From the NCBI GenBank assembly GCA_030704615.1, contig CM060732.1:58156001-58220000 (forward strand): DNA of 64,000 nt, given 5' to 3'. Origin of the DNA: Takakia lepidozioides (taxonomy: Eukaryota; Plantae; Bryophyta). The notes under the pieces are model-generated. The model did not search any database, was not told the DNA's origin, and saw only the letters and a list, made by a program, of their open reading frames with translations. The position numbers were made by a program, and so were the translations under genes. Of the stretch, positions 62,595 to 64,000 are shown one piece after another. How positions within the stretch are numbered: position 1 is the first letter of the stretch; each line of letters opens with the position of its first letter.

Positions 62595-63010
62595 GCATAA
62601 AACTTTCCTGAACTTGTTTCCAGAATGTGACATGGGTGAGGACTGTAAGGATGATCTGAAGGGCCTACCTACCGTCGGCACTAGACTCAAACCCAGGGCA
62701 GGGAGTTTTTGAGCAGTAAACAAAATGGAGAGAGGTAAGAGAGATTGTCAATGCCGGGTATGCAGGCGGCCTGAAGACAATATCCATTTCTTGATACAAT
62801 ATCCGGGGTACTCTCATCAGAGAGTGACCCTCTTCAGGACCATCAAGAACATTGTCCATGCACCTCTATTCACCAACTAAAATCTCGAGGCCGAGCCTAA
62901 AGCCCTGGCCCTGTTGTGGTCTAATTGGTGGGTAGCTCACACACAGGAGATTGATGCGCTAGTGAAGGGCTTTCTAGAGAAGATCTGGAAAGCCCAAACT
63001 AATTGTTTAT
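62595..63010 (+). mobile_element. Degenerate LINE-like 3' fragment (C-terminal CxxC...E...H...C remnant)
   Basis: Reads ...RDCQCRVC...EDNIHF across frameshifts. Paralogous to 61260-61760. Confidence 0.45.
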
Positions 63011-64000
63011 ATGAGTAAGTCCCACTACTGGAGTAAGACCCTCACAAAGGTAGTGACTGTTCCATCTTGTTCTGCCCAACTGGGCGTGGGGTCTATGGCC
63101 ACAAGGCTACAACACACATCATCTTGTGAGTACATCAAACATAGAAGAATGAAACCACTCAGCTGGCTTGTAAACTGAGATTGATCCAAGTCAAGACGGG
63201 TCTTCGGAACCCTCTGATATCAGATTCCAAGGGTAGATTACTTCCGTAAAATACTTCCTTCCAGGAAACATGAGGCTGTCGTCAAGTGTTGTACCATTCG
63301 TCCTAGGGAGTGGCTGCCTCATGCCATAGGTGATTTCCATCATCTATCCAATGTACTCTGTGGCAAAACTTACACATATAGCTTAGAGACCCATGAAAGG
63401 TGAAGGACCCTCACCTGCACCCGTCCCAAAAACCACCACATCCAACAGAATGCATGTTAGTGAGGATGTGCAAGGTGAGTAGCAGGTCTTCACGCTTGCT
63501 ATTGCTGTCCAACATGCAGATCTAAGCAAGTGAAAGATTGCAAGAGTAACATTAAAGGTGTGACATTGCACAGAACCTTGAAAAGTTTGAGGCAGGCCAG
63601 TTTGCGACGTTGCGCATATCCGTTCACGCAACAAGTAATTGCAAAGCACATGTAAGGGCTGAGTGAACTTCATGTTTGTCTTGGTGTCTCTCATTGTCTG
63701 TTTGCTATTTCTTCCTTTTAGAGCTTACTATGCATGGCAACCACAGTAGTGGCTGGTGAGGTCAAGACTAGCTGCTTCCATCTCCTCATTCTGAGCTTGA
63801 TCTTTACTTCAGTTACATCAAGTACAAAAGTGACATCAGGAGGCAAGTACAAAGTGACAATCAAGAGAATAAAATTGGGTCACATAATGGATCACACATG
63901 ATACAAAATGATAGACCTAAGGAGAAAGAAAATGTATGAGATATTCAAGATGACCACTGGGGCTGGCTCCAGGGAAGAGGAGTCGTCCTGGCACAAAGTT

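Overview
Eukaryotic DNA, most likely from a non-seed land plant (lycophyte, fern or bryophyte). This is inferred from the gene families, spliceosomal introns and TE lineages. Bases 1-11 kb are host sequence: an intronless 789-aa gene of the plant At2g42320/At3g01810-like family and a degenerate class-A-type ARF-like gene with a PB1 domain but no visible B3 domain. Bases 11-61 kb are a nested TE stack. It holds three long copies, a solo LTR and fragments of one Ty3/gypsy chromovirus family, a minus-strand Athila/Tat-like element with extra ORFs and an inverted gag segment, two related Mutator-type transposase genes, a CACTA end carrying an FCP1-like phosphatase, and LINE fragments. The main finding is a ~9.3-kb DNA transposon (12814-29149 once a nested 7-kb LTR element is removed). 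It has imperfect TIRs and an unusually long 16-bp target duplication. Head-to-head with its GCM-like/DDE/SWIM transposase it carries a spliced gene for a ParB/Srx-like domain fused to a beta-class (N6_N4_Mtase-like) DNA amino-methyltransferase, an architecture typical of phages and prokaryotic mobile elements. A second element of the same family lies next to an array of eight regularly spaced, alternating-orientation palindromes. Many 1-bp indels in 14-29 kb may be assembly errors, so reading frames there were reconstructed by eye. All family assignments are motif recognition, not database hits.
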